A DNA stretch of 64,000 nt from Vicinamibacterales bacterium. Its GTDB lineage: Bacteria > Acidobacteriota > Vicinamibacteria > Vicinamibacterales > UBA8438. The position numbers were made by a program, and so were the translations under genes. The notes beneath the pieces are model-generated. The model was not told where the DNA came from and did no database searches. It was given only the letters and a program-made list of their open reading frames with translations. The stretch is taken from the NCBI GenBank assembly GCA_965203565.1, contig OZ241896.1:3857015-3921014 (forward strand). The letters run 5' to 3'. Every line of letters begins with the position of its first letter. The stretch's first letter is position 1. This document shows positions 30,226-39,532 of the stretch, piece after piece.

Positions 30226-31773
30226 ATGCCGCGCAGCTTCTGGCCGGCGGGCGTGTGCTGTCTGGCGCTGGGCGGCGCCGCGCTGGCGGGAGTCCCGCAG
30301 GCCGGCGTCGGCCAGACCGTCGCGCGGCCGGGCGGCCGCGTCGTCGCGCCGGCCGCAATCCGCGCCGTCGACAGCGGCTATCGGCCTGCGGCGGCGGCAG
30401 CGCGCGGGCCGATCGCGATCTCGCGGAATTCCGCATCGCCGCCGTCGGCGGCGTCGCCCCCCTACGTCCCGGGCCAGGTCATCGTCAAGTTCTCGGAGCG
30501 TCGCGCGCCGCCCGCCGGGCTGAACGTCCGCGCCGTCGTCCGGCCGCCGCTGGCGGACTTCGACCTGCTGACGCTCGATCCGGGATCGGACCCGGAGGCC
30601 GCGGCGCGCGCGCTGAGCGCCCGGGCCGACGTGGAGTACGCCCAGGCGGCGTACCTTCGACAGGCCCAGTTCACCCCGAACGACCCGCTGTTCGCCCGGC
30701 AGTGGAACCTGCCGGCGATCGGGATGCAGCGCGCATGGGAGATCAATGCGGGCGCCAGCGACGCGATCGTCGTCGCGGTGATCGACACCGGCGTCGCCTT
30801 CGAGGACGCCGACTTCCGGTTCGAGGCGGAGGCGTTTTCGGTGAACGACGTTCCGTACCCGGCCCTCGGGACGATCTCGGTCCCGTTCGCGGCGGCGCCG
30901 GAGCTGGCCGGCCCCGACCGGTTCGCGGCGCCGTTCGACTTCGTCTGGCGGGACGGCCATCCGGTCGACTTCGACGGCCACGGCACGCACGTCGCCGGCA
31001 CGATCGGGCAGTTGACGGACAACGGGCTCGGGGCGGCCGGCGTGGCGTTCAACGTCCGGATCATGCCGCTCAAGGTGCTGATCGGCCCGTGGGACCTGAT
31101 CCTGGGCGGCGCGCCCGTCTGCTGCGGCGGCTCCGACGCCGACATCGCCGAGGCGATCCGGTACGCGGTCCGGTTCGGCGCGAAGGTGATCAACATGAGC
31201 CTCGGCGGGCCGTCGCCGTCGCCGGCGATCGAAGACGCGATCCGCCACGCCGTCGGCCGGGGCGTCTTCGTCGCCGTGGCGGCCGGCAACGAGTTCCAGG
31301 TGGACAACGACGTGCTCTATCCGGCCGCATCGGTCGACACGATCGACGGGGCGGTGGCGGTCGGAGCGGTCGATCGGCGGCTGCGCCGGGCGTACTACTC
31401 GAACACCGGCTCGTACATCGAGGTGGTGGCGCCGGGAGGAGAGCAGCGGGAGGAAGGGCCGACGGGCGGCATCCTGCAGCAGACGCTCGACACGCGGTTC
31501 ACCGACACGTTCCGCATCGGGCCGTCCCGGTTCGGACCGCCGCGGTTCGACGTGCTGAGCTTCAGCTTCCTCGAGGGGACCTCGATGGCCGCGCCTCACG
31601 TCGCCGGCCTGGCGGCGCTCCTGATGACGCAGGGCGTCACCGACCCGGCGGCGATCGAAGCGGCGATCAAGCAGTTCGCGACCGATCTGGGCGCGCCCGG
31701 CCGGGACGACCAGTTCGGCCACGGCCTGATCGACGCGCCGGCGACGCTGCGCGGGTTCGGTCTGGCCCGATGA
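30226..31773 (+). CDS. S8 family (subtilisin-like) serine peptidase
   Basis: VAVIDTG, HGTHVAGT, AAGN, GTSMAAPHVAG. Confidence 0.93.
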   Translation: MPRSFWPAGVCCLALGGAALAGVPQAGVGQTVARPGGRVVAPAAIRAVDSGYRPAAAAARGPIAISRNSASPPSAASPPYVPGQVIVKFSERRAPPAGLNVRAVVRPPLADFDLLTLDPGSDPEAAARALSARADVEYAQAAYLRQAQFTPNDPLFARQWNLPAIGMQRAWEINAGASDAIVVAVIDTGVAFEDADFRFEAEAFSVNDVPYPALGTISVPFAAAPELAGPDRFAAPFDFVWRDGHPVDFDGHGTHVAGTIGQLTDNGLGAAGVAFNVRIMPLKVLIGPWDLILGGAPVCCGGSDADIAEAIRYAVRFGAKVINMSLGGPSPSPAIEDAIRHAVGRGVFVAVAAGNEFQVDNDVLYPAASVDTIDGAVAVGAVDRRLRRAYYSNTGSYIEVVAPGGEQREEGPTGGILQQTLDTRFTDTFRIGPSRFGPPRFDVLSFSFLEGTSMAAPHVAGLAALLMTQGVTDPAAIEAAIKQFATDLGAPGRDDQFGHGLIDAPATLRGFGLAR

Positions 31774-32648
31774 TCCCGGCGCTTCCGCTTGGCGCAGCGC
31801 CGCGCAGCGTGTATAAGTGGCGGGTGCGCTGGCCCGTCCGCCTCGTCGCCGCGCTGATCTTGGTTGGAAGCGCGCTGTCGGTCTCCCACGCGCAGTGGGG
31901 CTTCATGGAAGGCAACTTTCCTCCGCGCTTCCCCCCGCCGAGCCTGCCCGACCGCGACTTCGCCTTCTGCAAGGTGATGTACAACAGCGTCCGGTACGAG
32001 CAGCTCGGCATGGGGTGGGCGACCGACTATCCGTACGCCGGGATCAACCTCATGATCCGGTTCTCCGATCTGACCACCGGACGCGTGAGCCTCGACGGCG
32101 GCGGGGAGCCGAACCACTGGGTCGTCCGGTTCATGGACGACGCCCTGTTCAACTGCCCGTTCACCATGGCCTCCGACGTCGGCACGATCGGGTTCACCAA
32201 CCAGGAAGCGGCCCGGTTGCGGGAATACCTGCTGAAGGGCGGGTTCCTGTGGGTCGACGACTTCTGGGGCTCCCGTGCGTGGCGTCACTGGGAGCGCGAG
32301 ATCGCGCGCGTGCTCCCGCCGTCGCAGTACCCGATCCGGGACGTGCCGATCGGCCATCCGGTGTTCCGCACGCAGTTGCACGTGGCCAAGGTGCCGCAGA
32401 TCACGGCGATCCAGTTCTGGTACGGCGTCGGCGGCCGGACGACCTCCGAGCGCGGCTACGACAGCCGGGAGCCGCACTTCCGGGCGATAGCCGACGAGCG
32501 CGGCCGATTTCTCGTCGTGATGTCCCACAACACGGACGTCGCCGACGCCTGGGAGCGCGAAGCCGAAGACCCGAGGTTCTTCGAGCGGTTCGCCCCCGAC
32601 GGTTACGGGCTGGGCATCAACGTGCTGCTGTACGCCATGATGCATTGA
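31770..32648 (+). CDS. DUF4159 domain protein
   Basis: WATDYP, LREYLLKGGFLWVDDFWG, HNTDVADAWE; start uncertain. Confidence 0.8.
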   Translation: MIPALPLGAAPRSVYKWRVRWPVRLVAALILVGSALSVSHAQWGFMEGNFPPRFPPPSLPDRDFAFCKVMYNSVRYEQLGMGWATDYPYAGINLMIRFSDLTTGRVSLDGGGEPNHWVVRFMDDALFNCPFTMASDVGTIGFTNQEAARLREYLLKGGFLWVDDFWGSRAWRHWEREIARVLPPSQYPIRDVPIGHPVFRTQLHVAKVPQITAIQFWYGVGGRTTSERGYDSREPHFRAIADERGRFLVVMSHNTDVADAWEREAEDPRFFERFAPDGYGLGINVLLYAMMH

Positions 32649-32659
32649 CCGGGGCGGTC

Positions 32660-32929
32660 ATGAAGACGGTTCTGAACAAGACCCGCCGGCCGCTGAGGAT
32701 TGCGCTCTCCCGCGGGCGCGTGCTGCGGATCGGCCCGCTCCGGGAAGGGCAGATCGCCGCCCGGGACGCCGATCGGGACGCCGTGAAGCGCCGCATCGCG
32801 GACGGCGAGATCGAGATCTTCGACGACGCGTCGCGCGCCGGCGCGTCGGCCGCGTCCGCGCCGGGGAGCCGCGCGCGCGTCGAGGGGCCGCACGCGCGGT
32901 TCTCGGCGGCGAAGCGCGGCGACCGGTGA
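32660..32929 (+). CDS. Small hypothetical protein
   Basis: ATG 11 bp after the DUF4159 stop; fits the operon. Confidence 0.55.
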   Translation: MKTVLNKTRRPLRIALSRGRVLRIGPLREGQIAARDADRDAVKRRIADGEIEIFDDASRAGASAASAPGSRARVEGPHARFSAAKRGDR

Positions 32930-32969
32930 CGGGCCGCCGGCGATTCGGACGGCGCGCGAGACGGACGAG

Positions 32970-33215
32970 ATGCCGATCTACGAGTACAAGTGCCGGGGTT
33001 GCGGCCACGCGTTCGAGCGCCTCGTGCTCGGCGCCGATCCGGGCGCCTGCCCGGCCTGCGCGGGGCGCGCGCTCGAACGGCAGTGGTCGCTGTTCGCCGT
33101 CGACTCGGAAGGGACGCGGCGGTCGCACCTGAAGACCGCGCGCGCCGCGGCGCGGAAAGTGCAGCGCGACAAGGCTCACGCCGAGCACGAAGCGATCCAC
33201 CACCATCACCACTGA
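32970..33215 (+). CDS. FmdB family zinc-ribbon protein with His-rich tail
   Basis: MPIYEYKCRGCGHAFE...CPAC; ends HEAIHHHHH. Confidence 0.88.
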   Translation: MPIYEYKCRGCGHAFERLVLGADPGACPACAGRALERQWSLFAVDSEGTRRSHLKTARAAARKVQRDKAHAEHEAIHHHHH

Positions 33216-33314
33216 CGCGGGGCGCCGGGACCTCGGCGGCCGGAGGCGATGGAGGCTGTGAACGAGCGCGGCCGGGCAGGGCGAACGCCCCGCCCGGCCG
33301 CGCATCCGGGCGGC

Positions 33315-33824
33315 CTACTGGTTTTCCAGCCGCCAGTCCCACCCCCGCTCCGAGCCGCGCGTCGCGATGCGCCAGCCGTCCGGGGTCCGCTTGAAGGTGT
33401 CGAAGTAGTAGCCGGAGAAGACCATCCGGGGCTCTCGCTGGCTGACGTCGAGCACGATCCAGTAGGTGCGCCCCCTGGCGCCGCCGTCCTCGGTCGGCGT
33501 GATCAGCATGCTGGTGTTGTTGTGCGTGATCGTCGTGCCCTCGCCGCCGGGCCGCTGCCGGAAGCGGCGCCGGATCTCCTCCTTCCCGTCGAACACTTCG
33601 CCGCCGCCGGTCGTGAACACCGCGTCGTCGGCCCACGCCGACAGGTACAGCTCCTCGTCCTGGAAATCGAGCCCCTGGTTGTACCGGGTGTAGAGCTGCT
33701 CGATCTCGGCGATGTCCGCCCCGGTCAGCGCCGGCTGCCCGCCCCGGCTCTGGGCGTAGCTCCACCCGGCCGCCGCCAGCACGCCGACGAGTCCCGCCGC
33801 CATCCATCCCTGAAACTTCCGCAT
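33315..33824 (-). CDS. SnoaL-like / NTF2-fold secreted protein
   Basis: IEQLYTRYNQGLD...YFDTFKRTPDGWRI; GGAGG RBS. Confidence 0.8.
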   Translation of the reverse strand: MRKFQGWMAAGLVGVLAAAGWSYAQSRGGQPALTGADIAEIEQLYTRYNQGLDFQDEELYLSAWADDAVFTTGGGEVFDGKEEIRRRFRQRPGGEGTTITHNNTSMLITPTEDGGARGRTYWIVLDVSQREPRMVFSGYYFDTFKRTPDGWRIATRGSERGWDWRLENQ

Positions 33825-34204
33825 GGCCGCACCTCCAACTGGAAAACGGGTTGACGTCCACCGTATTGTAAGGATTCCGCTCGCCGGCGGCTGCGGGCGG
33901 CGGCGTTCCCCCATCGCGACCTGCGCCGGGCGGGCGGCCGAGCCTGCTGCGCGCGGCCCGTGGTCCGGCGTTGGCGCAGCAGGCGGTGCGTGTCGAGCCT
34001 CACGAGCATCGCTCGGATGATCCGCGACACGGCCCCCCTTCAGGCTCACTTGTCGTTGGAAGAGACTGCGGGTTGACACGTTGCACCGATTTTCGATATC
34101 GTTCCTGCCGTCTCTCACGCCGCAACGGGGCAGGATAATCTCGACTGCGGGCTGTGCGAGGGACGCCGAGTTGCCGATAATGCACATGTCGGCCCCGCTT
34201 CTCC

Positions 34205-34218
34205 GGGGGGGGGGGGGG
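34205..34218 (+). repeat. G14 homopolymer tract
   Basis: 14 consecutive G ending 35 bp upstream of ATG 34254. Confidence 0.85.
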
Positions 34219-34253
34219 AGGCAGTGGTGATGGCGCTCCATTGGGGGGTTGTG

Positions 34254-34811
34254 ATGAACCGAGTATCTCATTGTGCAAGAGTGGCGCTCCCGACCGCTGC
34301 AGCCATGACCATCCTGCTGTCGGCGGGCGCCGCCTCCGCGGCATCGGCGATATCTCTCAGTGCGCTGCTGCAGGAAGGGACGTCGACTTCCACGCCGCCC
34401 CTGCCGCCGCCCACGGTGCAGGCTCGCATCGAGCGCAAGGTGCGCGAGACGACCGGCGGAAGGCCGGTGCTGATGCCGAGCGACCCGCCGGTCGTGGTGG
34501 AGGTGGACGAGATCTTCGTTTTCCCGCCTGACGTCGAAGAAGAAGAAGCCACCTATACGGTGACTTCGAGCAATCCGATGGTCGCCGTCGCCGAATACCG
34601 CAACCCGGTGGTGGTTACGCCGGTAGGACCGGGCACGGCCGTGATCACGGTCACGTCGCAGCTCGGGAACAACCCCCCCGTGTCGTCCAGCTTCACGGTC
34701 ACTGTCGCAGCCGATCCGACTCCGGTGCCCGCCATCCCGCTCGTCGGACAGGGGCTGCTGGCGGCGTTCCTGCTCGGTCTCGGCGCGTGGCTTCGGTACC
34801 GGCGCCGGTAA
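34254..34811 (+). CDS. Surface protein with Ig-like domain and IPTL-CTERM-like sorting signal
   Basis: Signal peptide; C-terminal VPAIPLVGQGLLAAFLLGLGAWLRYRRR (motif, TM helix, basic tail). Confidence 0.75.
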   Translation: MNRVSHCARVALPTAAAMTILLSAGAASAASAISLSALLQEGTSTSTPPLPPPTVQARIERKVRETTGGRPVLMPSDPPVVVEVDEIFVFPPDVEEEEATYTVTSSNPMVAVAEYRNPVVVTPVGPGTAVITVTSQLGNNPPVSSSFTVTVAADPTPVPAIPLVGQGLLAAFLLGLGAWLRYRRR

Positions 34812-34850
34812 CGGCCCGGCGGTTTCCGGACCGACTTTCCTGCATCTGCG

Positions 34851-34889
34851 TGTCCCCTCCTCCCCCGGCCGTCGGAGGAGGAGGGGGCA
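34851..34889 (+). terminator. GC-rich hairpin after the sorted-protein gene
   Basis: TGTCCCCTCCTCCCCCG...CGGAGGAGGAGGGGGCA; no clear U tract. Confidence 0.4.
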
Positions 34890-34904
34890 TCCCGGCCGCG
34901 AGCA

Positions 34905-35288
34905 GTGCTTGCACACCACTTCATCGGCTCCGGCGGCTTCTCCGACCGGCTTCGGGGCGTTGCTGAAGCGCGATCACGGTTGTTGGCGGCAGTGACCGAC
35001 CGCGTGCGCGCCGCCGGCCTGCAGGTCGTGGCGCAGCAGGCGGTCCCGTTTCCGGACGGCGGCGCCACGCTGGTCTGGGTGCTGGCCGAGTCCCATCTGG
35101 TGCTTCACCTCTGGCCCGAACACGATCGGGCGACCGTCGATCTGCACGTCTGCGACTACCGCGACTCGAACGCCGTACGGGCGCAGCGGCTGCGCGACGC
35201 GCTCGACGACTTCTGCTTCGCGCCCGGTTCGTCGGCATGGCGCGAGCTGGCGGTCGACGAGGTCCGGCCGGCCGGAGCCGACGCGTAG
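34905..35288 (+). CDS. speD: S-adenosylmethionine decarboxylase-family pyruvoyl proenzyme
   Basis: F..GGAT.V.VLAESHL..H.WPE...VDLHVC motif; substrate not assured. Confidence 0.72.
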   Translation: MLAHHFIGSGGFSDRLRGVAEARSRLLAAVTDRVRAAGLQVVAQQAVPFPDGGATLVWVLAESHLVLHLWPEHDRATVDLHVCDYRDSNAVRAQRLRDALDDFCFAPGSSAWRELAVDEVRPAGADA

Positions 35289-35303
35289 CGTGGCGGGCCG
35301 CAG

Positions 35304-36113
35304 GTGGCCGACGACGCCGAGCAGCGCTACCGCGGCTTCTGGGCCGAAGTAGGCGCCACCTTTCCCGATCTCGGCGGCGCGCGCTCGACGACGCAGTACC
35401 GCGAGGACGAGCGATGGCTGCTGCGGAGTTCGCTGCCGGATCTCGCCGGCTGCCGCATCCTCAAGACCGACCTGTGGGACGAAGCGAAGAACACCCGCAT
35501 CCTCCGCTGGGCGGCGGGCGAAGGGGCGCGCGCGTTCGGGGTCGACATCTCGCCGGCGATCGTCGCCGCTGCGGGACGCGGCTTCGCGGCGGCGGGGTTG
35601 CGGCTGCACGGCGTCCGCGGCGACGTCCGGGCGCTGCCGTTCCGGACCGGCAGCTTTGACGCGGTCTATTCGATGGGGACGGTCGAGCACTTCGACGACA
35701 CGGAAGGCGCCCTCCGCGAGATCTTCCGCGTGCTGCGTCCCGGGGGACGGGCGATCGTCGGCGTGCCGAACCGGCGCGACCCGTTCCTGCGCCCGCTGCT
35801 GGTGGCGGCGCTGCACCGCCTCGGCCTCTACGGATACGGGTTCGAGAAGTCGTACTCGCGGTCCGTCTTCCGCCGGATGCTGGAGCGGGCGGGCTTCCGG
35901 GTGACCACCGAAACTGGTATCCTGTTCATTCCGGGCTGGTTACGCATGCTCGACCTCGCCTGCCACACGTGGCTCCGCCCGCTCGCGCGGGTGACGGGCG
36001 CCCTGTGCGCCCCGTTCGACAGGGCCTGCCGCCGCTGGCCGCGCCTCCGCCGGCACGGCTACCTGCTCGCCACGGTGGCGGTGCGTCCGGACGAACCGGG
36101 AGCGGATTCGTGA
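35304..36113 (+). CDS. Class I SAM-dependent methyltransferase
   Basis: GVDIS, GDVRALPF..GSFD, EIFRVLRPGG. Confidence 0.85.
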   Translation: MADDAEQRYRGFWAEVGATFPDLGGARSTTQYREDERWLLRSSLPDLAGCRILKTDLWDEAKNTRILRWAAGEGARAFGVDISPAIVAAAGRGFAAAGLRLHGVRGDVRALPFRTGSFDAVYSMGTVEHFDDTEGALREIFRVLRPGGRAIVGVPNRRDPFLRPLLVAALHRLGLYGYGFEKSYSRSVFRRMLERAGFRVTTETGILFIPGWLRMLDLACHTWLRPLARVTGALCAPFDRACRRWPRLRRHGYLLATVAVRPDEPGADS

Positions 36114-37516
36114 CCGCTGCGGCCGGTGCGCCCGGAGCGGTCCGGTTCATGCTGACCGTCGGGGCGTGGTTCGTCGGGTTGTTCGGCCTGATGCGGATCG
36201 AGTGGGTGGAGCGGACGCTGCTGACGCCGTTCGCGCAGCTCCAGCAGCAGGTGGCGGATCGGCTCACCGGCGCCCCGTCCGGACTGGTCTACGCCGACGC
36301 GAGCTGCAGCGGGGGCGATCCGATGGCGCTCTGCGTGGGAGCGATCATGGCGTTCCCCGCCGCGCGGGCCGCGCGGCTGCGGGGCGCGGCGCTCGGGCTG
36401 GCGGCGATCACCGGACTGAACGTCGTCCGGCTCGGCTCCCTCTCGCTGGCGGCGGCCGATCCGGCGGCGCTCGATCTGCTGCACGTCTACGTCTGGCCCG
36501 GCCTCCTGATCCTCGCCTCGGTCGCCTACGTCTACGGATGGATGCGCCGGCAGGGGCGCGACGGCGGGAACGCCGGGCGGGCCGCGGCGCCCGGCGGCGC
36601 GGCGCGGCGGTTCCTGCTGCTGGCGGCGGCCCTGGTAGCGGCCTACTTCGCCGCGGCGCCGATCTTCTACGACAGCCCGGCGGTGAACCGGATCGCCGGC
36701 CGGATCGCCGCGGCCGGCGGGGCGATCCTGACGGCGTCCGGCACGGCGGCGACCGTTTTCGGGCCGGTGATCCGGACCGCGCACGGCAGCTTCGTCGTCA
36801 CGCAGGAGTGCGTCTTCACGCCGCTCATCCCGCTCTATCTGGCGGGCGTGCTGGCGGCGCCGTTCACCTGGCCGCGCCGCCTGATCGCGTTGGCGGCGAC
36901 GCCCGCCGTCTTCTTCGCGCTCGGCGTCTCGCGGCTGCTGGTGCTGGCGGTCCCGGCCGCCGTCGTCGGGTCCCACGCGACGGCGATCCACGCCTTCTCG
37001 CAGATGCTCGTGGCCGGGATTCTGGTGACGGCGGCGGCCGTCCGGACGGCCGCGGGCCTGCGCCGCGGCGCGGCGCGGGCCTGCGCCGCGATCGGGATCG
37101 GACTGGCCGCGGGCCTCGCCGCGGCCCCGGTGCTGGGCGGCGCGCTGGCGGCGGCGGCGGCCGGCATCCAGGCGTTCGCCGGGCACGCCGGCCACACGTT
37201 CGCCGACGGCCAGGGAGCGGCGGCGCTGCTGCCGGCGTTCCAGGTCGGCCTGTTCGCCGCGCTCTGGGCCGCCGCAGGGCGGATGATCCCGCGGCGACGG
37301 GCGGCGATCGGACTGGCCGGACTGGCCGTCGCGCAGGCGGCGCTCGGCGCGGCGGTCGGAGAGCTCGCCTGGCACAACGCCTTCAATCCTCACGTCGGCC
37401 TGATCCGGGCCTGGGCGATCGCGCTGCCGGTCGCGCTGCTGTGGGCGCTCGGGCGTCCCGTTTCGCAACCCGCCGCCGCGCCGGCCCGGGCGCGCCCGCT
37501 GCCCCAGCCCGGCTAG
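36110..37516 (+). CDS. Tandem-domain exosortase/archaeosortase family protein
   Basis: Domain 1 ASCSG/NVVR/HVYVWP; domain 2 QECVF/VSRL/IHAF; multi-TM; GTGA overlap with the MTase stop. Confidence 0.7.
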   Translation: MTAAAGAPGAVRFMLTVGAWFVGLFGLMRIEWVERTLLTPFAQLQQQVADRLTGAPSGLVYADASCSGGDPMALCVGAIMAFPAARAARLRGAALGLAAITGLNVVRLGSLSLAAADPAALDLLHVYVWPGLLILASVAYVYGWMRRQGRDGGNAGRAAAPGGAARRFLLLAAALVAAYFAAAPIFYDSPAVNRIAGRIAAAGGAILTASGTAATVFGPVIRTAHGSFVVTQECVFTPLIPLYLAGVLAAPFTWPRRLIALAATPAVFFALGVSRLLVLAVPAAVVGSHATAIHAFSQMLVAGILVTAAAVRTAAGLRRGAARACAAIGIGLAAGLAAAPVLGGALAAAAAGIQAFAGHAGHTFADGQGAAALLPAFQVGLFAALWAAAGRMIPRRRAAIGLAGLAVAQAALGAAVGELAWHNAFNPHVGLIRAWAIALPVALLWALGRPVSQPAAAPARARPLPQPG

Positions 37517-37525
37517 CCGGACGCC

Positions 37526-39532
37526 ATGCACGCCGTGCTGCCGCAAGCCGCCGGCCGGCGCGCCGCCGCCGCCTGCATGCTCGCCGTTGCGGCCAGCGCC
37601 GCACTGGCGGCGTGGTGGCAGGCGACGGGCCGCATCCGCGCGACCGGCGACGAGCCGCACTACCTGATCATCGCCGCGAGCGTGCTGCGCGACGGCGACC
37701 TCGATCTCCGCAACAACTACGAGCACGACGCCGAGACCGGCGAGATCTACGGCGTCATGCGTCCCCACGTCTGGCGAACCGACGCCGGCTGGCGGTCGTT
37801 CCACACACCCGGCCTGGGGTTGCTGCTCGCCGCGCCGTTCGGGCTCGGGGGTGTCTTCGGCGCGCGGGCGGCGCTCTGCCTGCTCGTCGGGGCCGGGCTC
37901 GGGTGGACGGTCTGGCGCTGGCTGGCCGCCCGGCTGCCGCCCGGCGACGCGGCGATAGCCACCGCCGGCCTGCTCGGCTGCCCGCCGGTGCTGTTCGGCG
38001 CCTCGCGCCTCTATCCGGATCTGCCGGGCGGCGTCGTGGCGGCCGCGATGCTGGTCTGGCTGCTGGCGGACCGGCGGCGGACGCGCGCCGGCTGGACCGG
38101 GTTCTGGCTCGGCGCAGCCGCTCTCTGCTGGCTGCACGTCAAGTTCGTAATCCCGGCGGCGGTGCTGGCGGTCTGGGCGGTCTGGCGGCTCCGGCCGGGC
38201 CGCCGCCTGCTGGCGGCCGCGGCGGCGCTGCTCGGCGCGGCCGGCGGCGCACTGGCGTGGCTGCAGGTCACCACGGCCGGACGGCTCCTCGGCGCCCGGC
38301 AGATCGCCGAGCTCTCCAGCGGCCTCGGGCAGGCGGCGGAGGCGCTGGCGGGACTCCACCTCGATCAGGCGCAGGGGATGTTCTTCCAGCAGCCGCTGCT
38401 GCTGCCCGGTCTCGCCGCGCTCGGCTGGATGGTTCGCCGGCGTCATCCGCTGACGCTCCCCTGGCTGCTGCTTTATCTGTCGCTCATCCTCCCGAACGCG
38501 CTGAACGGCTCGCGCTACGGCAGCGAGGACCCCGGCGGGGCGCCGGCCGGCCGGTTCGCCTGGTCCGCCATGTGGCTCTGGATCGTCCCGCTGGGGATCT
38601 GGATCGAAGCCGAAGGCGCGGCGGCCGCGCGCCGGGTGCGTCCGCTGGCGGCGGCGGCGGCGGCGTACCAGGCGGCGCTGGCGGTCCGCTGGCTGCCGTC
38701 GCCGACGGCGCTGCAACCGCTGGTCTCCGACTTGGTGTGGGAGCGCCACTCGCTTTTTCCCGTCGCCGCCCGCTACGCGTTGCCCAGCTTCTACTTCGGG
38801 GAGCCGGCGGTCTGGCTGACGTATCTCCCGAACGTCGTCTGGCTGGCGGCGGCGGCGCTGCTCGTTGCGACCGGGTGGACATGGCGCGCGGAGAAGGCGT
38901 GCGGCCGGCTGCGGGCGGTCTGGCTGACCGGCCTCGCGCTGGCGGCGCTGCTGCTGCCGGTGGCGCCGGCCGCCGACCGCCGGCGCGAGGAAGCGCTCGC
39001 CGGATCGGTGCTCGGCCGTCTGCCGCGCCGGTTCGAAGCGGAACGGATGGCGCCGGCCGCGTTCACTGCGCGCGCGGCGCGGCGCGACCCGAGCGCCAGC
39101 GACGGCGCGGCGCGCGCCAGCTCGCCGGCGCCGCCGGACGGCGTCGTCGTCTTCGGGCCGTACGTCGCGCTCGAACCGGGGCGGTACCGCGTCGAAACGG
39201 CGCTCCGCCTCCTGGAGCCGGCATCCGGGGGAGCGGCGGCCCGTTTCGACGTGGCGGCGTCACGAGGGCGGACGATCGTCGGGGCGATGGACGTCCCGGC
39301 CGCCCGGCTGCGCCAGGACCGGTGGAGCCGGGCCGCGATCACGTTCGAGACTCCGGACGCGCTTGAAGACGTCGAGTTCCGGGTGCACGCGAACCCGGCG
39401 GCGGCGATCCTGATCGACTACGTCGAACTGACGCCGGTGCTGCCGCGCCGGACGGTCACCGCGGCGACGGTCGCCACCGAGATCCGGGAACCCACCCGGA
39501 AACCGATCGAGAATCGGGAGGATTGGCCATGA
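37526..39532 (+). CDS. GT-C-fold membrane glycosyltransferase-like protein with C-terminal carbohydrate-binding-like domain
   Basis: GDEPHYL...DGDLDLRNNY, many TMs, FGPYVALEPGRY. Confidence 0.65.
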   Translation: MHAVLPQAAGRRAAAACMLAVAASAALAAWWQATGRIRATGDEPHYLIIAASVLRDGDLDLRNNYEHDAETGEIYGVMRPHVWRTDAGWRSFHTPGLGLLLAAPFGLGGVFGARAALCLLVGAGLGWTVWRWLAARLPPGDAAIATAGLLGCPPVLFGASRLYPDLPGGVVAAAMLVWLLADRRRTRAGWTGFWLGAAALCWLHVKFVIPAAVLAVWAVWRLRPGRRLLAAAAALLGAAGGALAWLQVTTAGRLLGARQIAELSSGLGQAAEALAGLHLDQAQGMFFQQPLLLPGLAALGWMVRRRHPLTLPWLLLYLSLILPNALNGSRYGSEDPGGAPAGRFAWSAMWLWIVPLGIWIEAEGAAAARRVRPLAAAAAAYQAALAVRWLPSPTALQPLVSDLVWERHSLFPVAARYALPSFYFGEPAVWLTYLPNVVWLAAAALLVATGWTWRAEKACGRLRAVWLTGLALAALLLPVAPAADRRREEALAGSVLGRLPRRFEAERMAPAAFTARAARRDPSASDGAARASSPAPPDGVVVFGPYVALEPGRYRVETALRLLEPASGGAAARFDVAASRGRTIVGAMDVPAARLRQDRWSRAAITFETPDALEDVEFRVHANPAAAILIDYVELTPVLPRRTVTAATVATEIREPTRKPIENREDWP

